This document shows positions 11,121-22,009 of a stretch of DNA of 37,947 nt, piece by piece. The notes below the pieces were generated by a model. The model had not been told where the DNA came from. It saw nothing but the letters and a program-made list of their open reading frames with translations, and did no database searches. A program made the translations under genes and the position numbers. Where the stretch lies: positions 1 through 37,947 of the forward strand of contig RBNJ01000173.1 of NCBI GenBank assembly GCA_003990765.1, read 5' to 3'. Source of the DNA: Jimgerdemannia flammicorona (Eukaryota). Position 1 is the first letter of the stretch, and every line of letters starts with the position of its first letter.

Positions 11121-12561
11121 GATGAGATTAGAATTCTATCGACCTTGCCCTGCTTGTTTCTAAATATTCGAACTTTGAACCCATAGATGACACTGTCTTG
11201 GGAGTCGCAATTTTACATATAGTCGTGTGGCTTAATGTCGCATGTCAACCGTGCTATGAATTTTGTCCGGCTCCGAAGTTTATTATTTCTATCACAGTCT
11301 ATGCCAAGATTGTATACCAATTTGATTTATGGTATACTAGATATGTTTACCCACGTCATAATAAAAGCAATAAGTCTACGTCCCCTGTTATTTCAGAATC
11401 TCATTCGTATGCATCCTTCGACCGATATCCGTACTGAGTCCCGCGCCTGAAATATTGAACCAATTTAAAGAAAGCAACGGAGATGAAGTATGAATATATT
11501 CGCTTAAGGTTTATAGATTTCATATTATTCAGCTGTTAACAAGCCCTCTGGTGTCTCCGCCATGTGTTCAATAGTAAATTAACCCAATTTCTTCAGCGAA
11601 GTCGAGAACGAAAGGTAGGTTGGCTGTGTGCAGCCACTGGGTCACGTACGTAAGGTAAAAAGCGGCGGTTAACATACTTGCAACTCGTTAACAAAAGGAC
11701 GCGCTTAACGGCCGTTCCATATTCTCTTGATTGTGTATATACATGATTGCATTACCCACCGCTCCCTGTGATTACGTGACTGCATGCGTGATCGATCTGC
11801 GAAGCTGCGGAACTGATAATCTGAATAATTTACAAATTCCAATTTTGAGAATAAATAAACGTTGGTAGCTTAGTAGAGGACTTTGAGAAAGCTCTTGTCT
11901 GAGAATTAAGATCCGCTCCTTGCAAGCCGCACACCAAGCGGAAATGCATACCTAACACAAGGTTGGGACCAAAGCGCAGGTCTTCCACATTTGTTTGGGT
12001 GATACAGTCCAGATCGAACAAAATAAGCCCTCAGCCGGTTGTCCGTACCTTCTTTTTGCAAATATAAAAAGATTATCAAAAGTCCCAATGATGCATGACG
12101 GAAGGGGAAAACGTGGTTTTTGGCATCCATCGCCGGTATTGTCAAAACCGGGAGGCTCGGTTGGTTCAACGCTATACCCACTCCACTTCATGTAGCCGCG
12201 TTTGCATGGAGGTTCAAAGTATTGACTGCGGGAACCTGGAGGACAGGAAGCTTAGGAGCTAGAATCTATGCAGCACAGAGCCCGGCATACATGGTTAATG
12301 GATAGAAACACGGAGGCTTGTCTGAGAGAGGAATATGTTCTGCAGGGAAATTAGGCACTTAACGTGGAATGTAATTGGTTACCTGTTAAGCTGGGAAAAC
12401 AGGTGGCTTACGATGGAAATTTTTCGTTAAAATATAGCTGATTTTCAAGGTGCTAAGCCCAATACAGGGTGAGATGCACATCAGTTCCCCCAAATATAGT
12501 GGTGCAGGCAAATGCATAAAATAAGTACATTTCATGACCTCTCACCTCCCACTTCCTAAGC

Positions 12562-13350
12562 ATGACTGATGACTTGGCACACTCTCCTGCCAATTTCACT
12601 AGTTTCTCCTCAACAACCTCCTCACACCTCTTCTTGCCCCCACCCCCTGACCTTAAGAAGAGGAAGAGGAAGAACTTCTCCATCCCAGAGGATGAGAACT
12701 TGCTGTCCAACTGCTGGGGTTTCATCTTGAAAGTGATTAGAAAATTCTGCAGTACTATGACCCAAATTGAGAGCTGTAAGAAAAGTGAGGAGATGATCCT
12801 GAATAAGGTACTTTATTTGTGAGAAGGAGGATGAGGTGAAGTGGGGAGACAGTCTGAGACAAGGGCATATTTCATCCAATTTTTCAAATATTTTTAGATC
12901 CAAGATGTAAAGTATCTTTATCTCACTACTATTAATTCTATCTTCTTGCTCAACTACTGCTAGAATATCCTCAAGGACACTAAGAAGTAGAAGGACTTTT
13001 GTATCATGAAGAGGTCCCCAAGGACTCCAAAGGGTTTAAAACCCTCCATAAGTATATAGGACTGATAATTCTACAGTAATAGGTGAGGAGAGAGAAGAGT
13101 TCCTGATGAGTAGAAAGATCTATAAAAGAGAGAAATAAGAGAAAGAGAGAGAGGATAGAGGAAGTATTGCAGAGAGTAGTGAGCAATAGAGATTTGATAG
13201 TAAAGGAGATCTGTTATAAGAATGAAACTTTAGATAAGTTAATTATATTAAAGAATATCTTAGAGATAAATGAGAATTAAAAAGAGTTTATAATCTGCAG
13301 AGGAAGATAGTTCTGACCAAGTGAAGGAGAATTATACAGAAGGATAGATA
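12562..13350 (+). pseudogene. Harbinger accessory Myb/SANT-like (NAM-associated type) gene relic
   Basis: KRKRKNFSIPEDENLLSNCW, then a decayed C(W)xILKDxKK(W) at ~12955-12995. It is convergent with the transposase. The 3' end is approximate. Confidence 0.65.
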
Positions 13351-13479
13351 TCTTTAATTGGGGTTTTTTATATATAAAAACATTATGACTATATATAAAT
13401 TAGATTTATTTATAGAAACTATATTAATAATATAATCAACTATGAGTAATTAATTAATTTATATATTTTCTTCTCTCTT

Positions 13480-14726
13480 CTATAAGTATATAACAAGATT
13501 ATTATAAAGTTGATAATAGACTTCATGATTTCAGATTTGATAGTAGTAATTAAAAAAGACTTTAAGTGATTACTCTTACTAGACTGATTGGTGATTTTCT
13601 GAGGAGTTATACTTGGCTTCTAATCTCTTCTCATTCTGCTCATTCTTAACTATTATATTGTGCAGAATAATATATATAATTATAATATAGTATAGATTCT
13701 CTTTATTTCAGAATTATACCAGTTCTCAAATAATTGTAAACTATACTTATAGTACCCCAAACACATGCTCTACATTCTTATATATAGCTTCTTATATCTT
13801 TGTAAAATGTATCTTTACTGGACCCTATAGTATAGAAATGGTCTATACCAATATTGCTCATAGAGAATAAATACTATTAGTAAGATAGTAGCTAAACTTA
13901 TAGTTATTCTCATTAATAGAGAAGATGGTGACTAGTGTCTGATCTTTAGTAAGGTTTTGGAAGAGAGAAGAACAGTTGAGGATATTGATATCATTATATA
14001 AGCCTGGTATATCAAAGAAGATATACCAAATCTTGAGATTATAAAATGTGGCTACCTCTAAGATAATAGTTAGTTTCTTTTCCTTTTCTGAGAACTGCCC
14101 ATACTAAACAGTAGGGCAATTCTTCCATATCTAATACATGTAATCCAGTGATCTCAGTATCCTAAAAACTCTTATATCTCTACAATAGCTAATAACTTTG
14201 CAATATCTTCTACTATCAGAAACTGTAAATAGTTCTTTCCAAACACCTTGATCACCCTCTTGCAAAATCTCTTCAAACTCTCCAATATAGTACTTTCTTT
14301 AATCTATATATAGTCATCTATAGCATCAGTAGATATCTCATATGTGAGTATACAGATAGCAGTAGTGATCTTCTGCAATAGTAATAGACTAAGAACTTTT
14401 ACTATATTCTGTTTTTGAATGAAGTAAGTGTCAGATTCTTGAAGAATATTGATGAGCTGGAGAAAAAGGTAGTAATATATATGAAAACAGTATCAGAAGT
14501 ACTTCTCTAGATAGGTTGGGTTGTTTGCAAAGTAGTTATTGTAGAGCTGCTCATGATCTGTGAGATGGTTTCTATCAATATACTGGTAACCTATAACAAA
14601 ACTATCATGTTCTATAACAAGTATAGAAATAGTGGATATAATGAGAATTTGGGTGTTTTGGAGGAAAAAGAGTTCTTCATCATCATCAAAGAATTCAGCA
14701 AGGGAGAGGGGAGAGTTGACATTCAT
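13480..14726 (-). pseudogene. PIF/Harbinger DDE transposase relic
   Basis: YIDRNHLTDHEQLYNNYFANNPTY; ILRSLDYMY*IWKNCPTV*YGQF (14092-14160; family consensus MLGSIDCMHWxWKNCPxAWxGQ); TIILEVA; KNVEHVFGVL (consensus KDVERAFGVL). Many stops. Confidence 0.9.
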
Positions 14727-16839
14727 GTTGGTAGAGATGTTAGCAGAATTGTCAGCCAGATAATGAGGGTCTGCTGATGAGTAGATAAATCAAGGAGTGT
14801 GTGTGTGTGTGAGGAGTGGGCCTTGTGGTCCAGGAGACCTGATAGAGAGGGTTGGGGATGGAGAAAGGGGTGTGATGAGGGTTGTGAGGATGTGGGGAGA
14901 ATGTGTGTGAATAAATTTGAAGATTGGTCCATCCTGGTATATTTGGAAGCTTGTCAAATTTACAAGCCCACTTCTGGAGCCTGTTTTGGGACTCAGCCCC
15001 GTTACATTTAGTTTAACGACGCATTTAGCAGGACCGTTGGAGATGCTCTAAGGCTTAATTTTGACAGCCAAAATCCATTTATTCAAGAGATAAGGTTCAT
15101 GAGAGCCAAAAAGCATGGTTCGGGAAGGTATAACAGGCAAGGAGATTATGCAGCAAGATACATATATAAGCCGATGGACAAATGCAGTCGATTATACCCA
15201 GAATTGATAAACAACGGGTACGTGATACAGTCCCATGGTTTGTTTTAATTTAATCTGGGCAATAAAACTAGCAGGATTTGTGGGGTGGATTAATTTGCTT
15301 GCCGACAGACGTCAGAGTCCAGGTAGGGCCCTACATACAACAGTAGTATGAGAGCTCGCATATCAATCAATCAACCAGCACGCATGCAAATTTGTCCAAC
15401 ATGCAGGTTGAGATAAAGTTCAGGCGAAGCGCGGAATGACAGGCAGAACCATGGCGCCACGTTTGGGAATGCAGGGATGAGATCGTTGCCGCATGGGATC
15501 CGTGGTCGCGCTGGATCGGGTAATCGCCGCAAGCCCGTCTCGATTGCGTGGTGCCTTTAAAGATTATCCCAAGCAAGTCGGCGGAATTTTTTTTTTTTTT
15601 TGGGTATATACTTGCCTGACTAGATCATTGCCCGTACGACGCTTTACGATCCGTCCAGCCGAGGACGCGGTCTTTCTTGGAGGGGCTCGGCTACTGACGC
15701 CGACATCGTTCAAATGCAGTCTGCAGGGTGCCCCTCTGCTTAGATGATCCATCCTTACATGCCTATTGAACTACGTCCTGTTCAGCACTACTCGGACCCA
15801 CTACCTCCCAAAAGTAAAATTCCCCTGAAGATCCACCGGCCTCGCCAATAATCTTTTAAAACTGTCGTCTTAGTTTCCCGACTTTACAGTGTGGTTTGGT
15901 TGTGCTTTATGCCTGCTTCCGGATGATAGGCCGGTAGTGTCTCGCGGAAGTCAAGAGTTTGGTAAAGGAAGTTCAAAGGAAAAGCTATTGAATAATGATA
16001 TATTCAGTGATTTTAAATTTGCCCGCACCGTTTAGTATAACGCGTTCCGTTTGTCTCGAGCATATGAACAATAATAGTAATTGTATGATTTAATTATTAA
16101 GATAGGAAGTCTGAATCTGAGTCTTGGTCTTGTTTATTTTATTTATTTATTTATTTATTGGTCGTGGTTGTATGTCGGTCAGTTAGGAGAAGGTCCCCCG
16201 ATTCCGGCCCGCCCCAAGAGGCGTACGATGCTCTCAAGATCAAAAAGTTAGATAGCAAAGCAATAGGGTCCTTGTGTCCTCAATTTGTTGCTTGTTATCA
16301 GCTTTTGTGACACTTAATTGTGACTCACCGAGCCTAGTTGCCACATGGCTCACGCTGTTTACGAGCATCCTTTCTTATCAGCAAGGTATTCTAATGTCTG
16401 ATGTGGGGTGACGATAGTCACGTCGGATGCATGCATGCATGAATGTGACAGTGACACATAGACCCGCTGTCTCACAGACTGGAATTATTGGAATTATTAA
16501 CAGTTCACCGAAGGGATAAGGTCACGACGCATCGCCCAAATCTTAGGCTCGCTGGATTCGAATAAGATTTAACAATTTTTTTTTTTTTTTTTTTTTTTTT
16601 TTGAACCAAATCACATAAATATGTTTAATAAAAAGGAGGGGGAGGGGGATTGGCATGGTTTTCAGATCATAAATTTACTATCCAGAACTAGGACAGCACA
16701 GAATGGCCGAGGTTGTCGTGGTAGTGTAACGCTCATCTGCATGGGTGTGACAAGCAATGGTAGAGTAGACAAACTATCGGTTCGGTTCCGCAGTACACCA
16801 ACAGGTCACGTGCATAAGCGCTCGTTTTGGCAACCCTCC

Positions 16840-16947
16840 GCAACCCCCCAACCGTCTGCTCGCCCGCTCGCTTTAGCAACTCCCCAACCGTCTGCACGCC
16901 CGCTCGCTTTAGCAACTCCCCAACCGTCTGCACGCCCGCTCGCTTTG
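16840..16947. repeat. 36-bp tandem repeat x3 (GCAACTCCCCAACCGTCTGCACGCCCGCTCGCTTTA)
   Basis: Three near-perfect units plus a partial unit at 16819-16839. Confidence 0.95.
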
Positions 16948-17105
16948 GCAGGCTAGGGTGTCACAAAAATTCAGAAACTGATGTAATACAGCTTATATAC
17001 ACCTACTCGTGATCAGACATACTATATAACAGGAGGCGTTCCTCCGCTGTCCCCATTCAGCATGCAAAAAACAACCTCTTACTTCACCTGGCATCTCACA
17101 TTAGC

Positions 17106-17960
17106 ATGCCACTACCAAATATTGACGAACTCCATGAAGGCACGTCAAGTGAACCATCATCGATTTCGGATGCGCCTCCTTTCGGTCCGCTTCCTGCCCG
17201 CACCAGCGACGTTCGTTATCGGGATTGCGCAGCCTGTTTAAAGAAAAAGAGACGATGCCGCCTCCATGCCGTGATCGTGAGCACACGAAAACGGATCTCG
17301 CCCAGGACGGCGTGCGCTGGATGCAAGTACGACAAAAAACAATGTCACAAAGGCCTCTCATGTTCTCGCTGCGGCCAACTCGGCAGGCCTTGCTTTAGAG
17401 ACAATACGTACCGCGCCGTCATCGAGTCTCGATGCAACCAGCTGACCTCGACCAGCGAAGATGACATCATGCAGGCAATCTGCGACCTCAAGTTCATCCT
17501 CTGGATCGGCGACGTCGAGCGGCGCACCGGCGACTCCAAACCTCAAAAAAGACCACAGATCAACGCTAACATTAACCGCTACGCGCTGTGCGTCCAAGAA
17601 TGCAATGGCGTGCCATCATTACACTCCCTCGAGGCTCGTGGAGATCCGATCGCAACTGAGATCCGATCCGTCATAGGCAAATGGTTTTCCGATTCCGATA
17701 AGCAAGGAGCGAGCACTCCAGCCATCGTGCTGGACATGGAGGCCGAAACAGGCAAAAGAGGCGACTTGCACACTATGACTGATGCCCAGGAAATTCGCTC
17801 CTTCGCAGTTCTCGGAGATACGGTTACAATAGAGACCCAAATCTTAGTATACGAGTGGGTTGCCAATGGCATGGACGTCGCGACCGACCCTTATCACGTC
17901 AAATGTCGGATCTGCAGAAGTAAGGTTCACCAGACTAAATATTGCCCAGTTTCCCCCTAA
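17106..17960 (+). CDS. Zn2Cys6/CCHC family copy D (284 aa, N-terminally shortened)
   Basis: Open frame highly similar to copy B, with all nine cluster cysteines and the CRICRSKVHQTKYC knuckle intact. The region encoding copy B's N-terminus is deleted just after the TATA-like motif. Confidence 0.75.
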   Translation: MPLPNIDELHEGTSSEPSSISDAPPFGPLPARTSDVRYRDCAACLKKKRRCRLHAVIVSTRKRISPRTACAGCKYDKKQCHKGLSCSRCGQLGRPCFRDNTYRAVIESRCNQLTSTSEDDIMQAICDLKFILWIGDVERRTGDSKPQKRPQINANINRYALCVQECNGVPSLHSLEARGDPIATEIRSVIGKWFSDSDKQGASTPAIVLDMEAETGKRGDLHTMTDAQEIRSFAVLGDTVTIETQILVYEWVANGMDVATDPYHVKCRICRSKVHQTKYCPVSP

Positions 17961-19498
17961 ACGAGCTTCTGCTCCACGGCGGCAGTGGATTTTCTGCCGA
18001 TATTGTCATGCCCTTTCGGTATCTCTCTACGCGACATATTTCTTATTATGGGACAAGCTTTATCCTTCCCCCTCCCCCCCCTCCCTCCCCCCCCTCCCTC
18101 CTCTCCATCCCCCCTCTCCCTTCCACGTCTCTCCTCCCTTTATCTTATCCACTTCCTTTACGTCAACTATTCCGCTTAACGTCACAGGTGTCCAACCTAC
18201 ACGTTTATTTTTGTACATTTTTGCGCTATGATAGAGTAATTAGAGATCACCTGTAAATTCCGGAACTTACACATATTCATCCAATCCTAAGCATATGCAT
18301 ATCTATATACATACTATCGCTCAATAAAATCTTATGCCTTGAGAGTCAAATTCGTAGAACGTAAAGAGGTTGTTGATCGGTGACGATCTTGAAGTGATAG
18401 CTTCTAAGATCCTTTTGCATCATCTGTCAATATGTCATAACGCGCTTGACATAATTACTTCTGCAATAAGAAGGCCTGCTTTATTTCGATTGCGATTGGT
18501 CGACTTTTCCCCGAACAAAAGTATGTGGCAAACTTGGGAATACTATTGGATCTCGCGATCGGGTTCTGACAATTCCAAAGGGGTTTTCTCTTCCTTCACA
18601 GGGTTATCTTGACAGGTGCAGCGCGTTATCTTTTTTTTTTTTTTTTTTTTTTTTTTTGGCATTCAAATTCTGCAAACCGTAATCGTGTTCAACTAGGAGG
18701 ATTAAGGGTTTATTCGGCAACCGTGCACGTATGTAATCTTTAATATCGGAAAAGAAACGCACCTCCGTTTTAAATTCCATTCGGAGAAGCTGGGAGCTAG
18801 GCGGTCAATCTGTGCAAAGAAGCTTAACTCAATGGCGACCAGGTTGGTCCTTAATGATTGCACAAACATATCAAACTACGATGACAGATAAAAATTAGGT
18901 TTTCAGACGAATGGGAAACTCTAGAGATGTCCATATCGAGCAATACCTCACTGCCGACCTCGCGAAAATGGCAGATGAAACCCATGTTAAACTAAGAAAA
19001 GTGAAAGGCAATGGGAGGAGGGAGGAAATTTTCGCGCTTCCTGCTGCTCTCTTCCCACAATTGCTTGATAAAAATGGGTAGCACTTTGGGCGTCCTAAAA
19101 AGTTATATCGGGCATAAATCCTATTTCTATTTCATACAAGCCACATGTCGAGCGATCCATTGCTCAAAAAAGAGGGTTTTATTTATTTATTAAACAAATT
19201 TATGACGCAATAAATAGCTGACATCAGAATACATGATAATCTAAAATCCACGTGTGATCAGTGTTCGAAAAAACGGGGTTTGGTCCTATTTATTTTTATT
19301 TGCCAGAGGTTATGACCTGATCAGGGTTTCTATCAGCAGAATTCTCGAAAAAAAACGGGGGAGACCATTACATCGTCAGATCACAATCTCAAGTATGTCA
19401 TTCTCGACTTCTATGGGAACCTCATCCGTCTCCGTGAAAATTATTTTTCTTTTTCAGCCTCACATTTCTACAAACATTACATCCATTCCGCCAATACA

Positions 19499-20157
19499 AT
19501 GCTGGCCATCACCCTCTAACAAAATTCTTCCTCAGGGGAGACTTCCTACAAGCATGACGTTTCTGTTGAGAACCTTCCTATACCAAAAATCGAGGCTGGC
19601 CAAGTCCTCCCAAGCTGCAGGCTGCCGTTTATAATCACCGGTATGGAGGGTATTTTGCAGACTTCCAATCACGATCGAGCCCGCCCAGAACTCCCAGGGC
19701 TGACCATTCTCTTTTTCGAACTGGATGGTAACGAACGGATTTGGCATGGCCTCAATCCCGGCATCCAAGTGCGTTAAAAAATCCCGAATCACGCAAATGA
19801 GCATGTTGATTAACCATTGCGCCTTACACTATTTTTCCGCATTGGCATTCAGTTCGGCTCCATCCTGGGACTCTGATAGCGCCGATGTCGTTGGGGATTC
19901 TGGGCTTGCTGCCGCTGGCCAATAAGTAAGATACAGATATTGAAACACTGCGCCTGACCGCTCACTAACAATGAACATACGTACCGCATCTATTCTGCTT
20001 AGATAATTTCTCTCCCATCAAGGTACCTTCGCCGAGCGGCCGTTGGATTGACTGCGGCGAGGTATGATCTCTCAACCAATCTACCCTTCCCTCACAGAGC
20101 AACCTTCACAATGGCCAACGTCCAAAGTGGCGACTACGCCCTCATCACTGGTATTGG
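19499..20157 (+). pseudogene. Truncated pseudogene copy (exons 1-5) of the MDR oxidoreductase
   Basis: ATG 19499 MLAITL* has an early stop. There is a frameshift near 19610 and internal deletions in exons 3 and 4. Introns are retained, and homology stops after exon 5 (DYALITGIG). Confidence 0.92.
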
Positions 20158-20459
20158 TAAGTCGGTTGCACGCTTTGCAATAGAAATAGGATTCATGCCA
20201 AAAAATCTACCACTCGTTAATGTAATTATACCTGCCGATTGCCGCTGTCTATTCTCATCCAATTATGGGAAGAGAGCGGCAGAAAGCGCGAATAATTCTT
20301 GCAATTGTTTTTTTTTCCCATTCGCCACTTTTAGTCTAACATGGGCTTCATCTGCCATTTTTGCGTTTCGGCAGTGAGGTCAATTGTTTGATATGGAGAT
20401 CTCTAAAGTTCTCATTCATCTGAAAACTAGTTTTTACCTCTTGAGGCCCAATTTGGTCA

Positions 20460-20659
20460 CCTTTGAGAGTTAAGCTTCCTTGCACAGATTGGCTTCTTTT
20501 CCCCGAAAAAGCGTGATCCTATTGGCATTCTCGCGACAACCTGGCTCAGGACGGACTTTTAAACGGAGCTGCTCTCCTTTTCCGATATCGTACGTTCACA
20601 GTTGCACGAATAATTCTTCAATCCTCCTGGTTGAATTCGATTTTACAAAATTTGGATGC

Positions 20660-20698
<39 letters not shown>

Positions 20699-21088
20699 AA
20701 TCATACGCTGCATCCGTTAAAAATAACCCTGAAGAATAAAAAAAAATTATCAACCAATTTGGAATCCAATTGTATTTCCAGCATTGCACATACTTTTGTC
20801 CGGTCTTCAACATGAAAATTCGCGTAAAAGTCGACCAATCACAACCGAAATAAAGCATGTACCACTCCGTATTGCGAAAGCAATCATGTCAAGCGCGGTA
20901 TGACGTGTAGATCAAATCCCTTCAGATGCTGCAAAAGGAACTTTATTAGAAGCCACCACTTAATGATTGTCACCGAGCAACAACCTCTTCACGTTCTATG
21001 AATTTGACTTCAATGCATAAAGCTTTTATATGATATGTATATACTTAGGATTGGATACATATATGTAAGTTTCAGAATTTACAGGTAA
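20460..21088. repeat. Direct copy of the 6645-7275 spacer (module copy E), cut off by an LTR
   Basis: GAGAGTTAAGCTTCCTTGCACAGATTG occurs at 20466 and 6647. The copies share a poly-A run and end TGTAAGTTTC(A/G)GAATTTACAG right before TGTAAC at 21089. Confidence 0.9.
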
Positions 21089-21756
21089 TGTAACAATTCC
21101 ATTAGTTATAGCTTATTTTCATGTCTTTTCTCTAGTTTTTTCTTGTCTTTTCTTGATTATTCTACAATATTTCAGTACTTTCTGAATTTTTAGAAATCCT
21201 CTCTTGATATCAAGACTTCACTAGAACATTTTTATCTTTTCTTGATATCAAGTATCTTATCTTAGCTAGTTATGAAATCTTTTATAATAATATAGAATTC
21301 TATTTATCATTCTTAGCTAAGACTTTATCTTAGCATTCTCTTGATATTTCTTTTCACTTCTAAGATTCTTCTAGATCTTTCTTTAGATTATATATAAATA
21401 TCTTCTTTGTTCTCTTAAAAAAAGCTTAAAATATTTTATCTCAGAAATCTTTTAAGAATACTTAAATCTAAAATATGTATCTCTTCAAGTTACTTAGACT
21501 TATTAGAATCTTCTAAAATTAGTTATTTCTCTTTTAAAAAAAAAAAAAAAAACTAAAACTATTATACTTAGTATATAGTAATAGTGAAGTTATATATTAT
21601 TTTATTAAAAAAATCTCATATGAATTCAAAAACTAGTTCTAACTAGTATGATAGTTGATCTGAATTAAAAATATAAATCAGGAGAATAGACATTTGATTA
21701 TAGTATCTGAATCTAATTTCAAATATAGGAGTTATCTATAGTAGCAAGCAGTTACA
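21089..21756. mobile_element. LTR-like segment (668 bp)
   Basis: TGTAAC...GTTACA terminal inverted hexamers, internal TATATAAATA (~21391) and an abrupt switch to CpG-free AT-rich DNA. No TSD (GGTAA vs TATTA), so it may not be a solo LTR. Confidence 0.7.
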
Positions 21757-21762
21757 TATTAG

Positions 21763-21868
21763 AGATTTAGTTCTAGTTATAATATAAAACTGAGGTAAGC
21801 TAAGTTGCCTCAGACAAGATTTGGTTCTAGTTATAATATGAAACTGAGCTAAGCTAAGTTGCCTCAGA
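21763..21868. repeat. 54-bp tandem duplication, each unit containing a CTGAG...CTCAG hairpin
   Basis: Units start at 21763 and 21817. Confidence 0.85.
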
Positions 21869-22009
21869 TGTAGGGTACAGAGAAAAATATATATATAAGA
21901 GGGGGTTATCTATTATAATTTTTCTCTACTATTGAGTAAATATTTATAATATAACTGACCTAACTAGTAAGTTGGAGAGCTGAGAGTAAGTATGATAACA
22001 ATAAGAGAA

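Larger units (their letters stand above)
12424..15048. mobile_element. Decayed PIF/Harbinger DNA transposon with two convergent genes; right TIR intact, left TIR deleted
   Basis: The right end reads GAGCATCTCCAACGG on the - strand and is followed by TAA (15049-15051). Transposase and Myb-like relics lie inside. The flanks rejoin as the empty-site paralog at 1920-2010. CpG is nearly absent internally. Confidence 0.9.
16100..20160. repeat. Inverted segmental duplicate of ~5520-9910 (intergenic region, Zn-finger gene, spacer and 5' half of the oxidoreductase)
   Basis: 16110-16131 is the reverse complement of ~9892-9908, 16320-16410 of ~9660-9770, 17009-18800 of ~6700-8617, and 19440-20157 of 5521-6510, with indels. 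Confidence 0.85.

Noticed and set aside
15100..16100. Short ORFs between the Harbinger element and copy D
   Set aside because: No recognisable motif or consistent exon structure.
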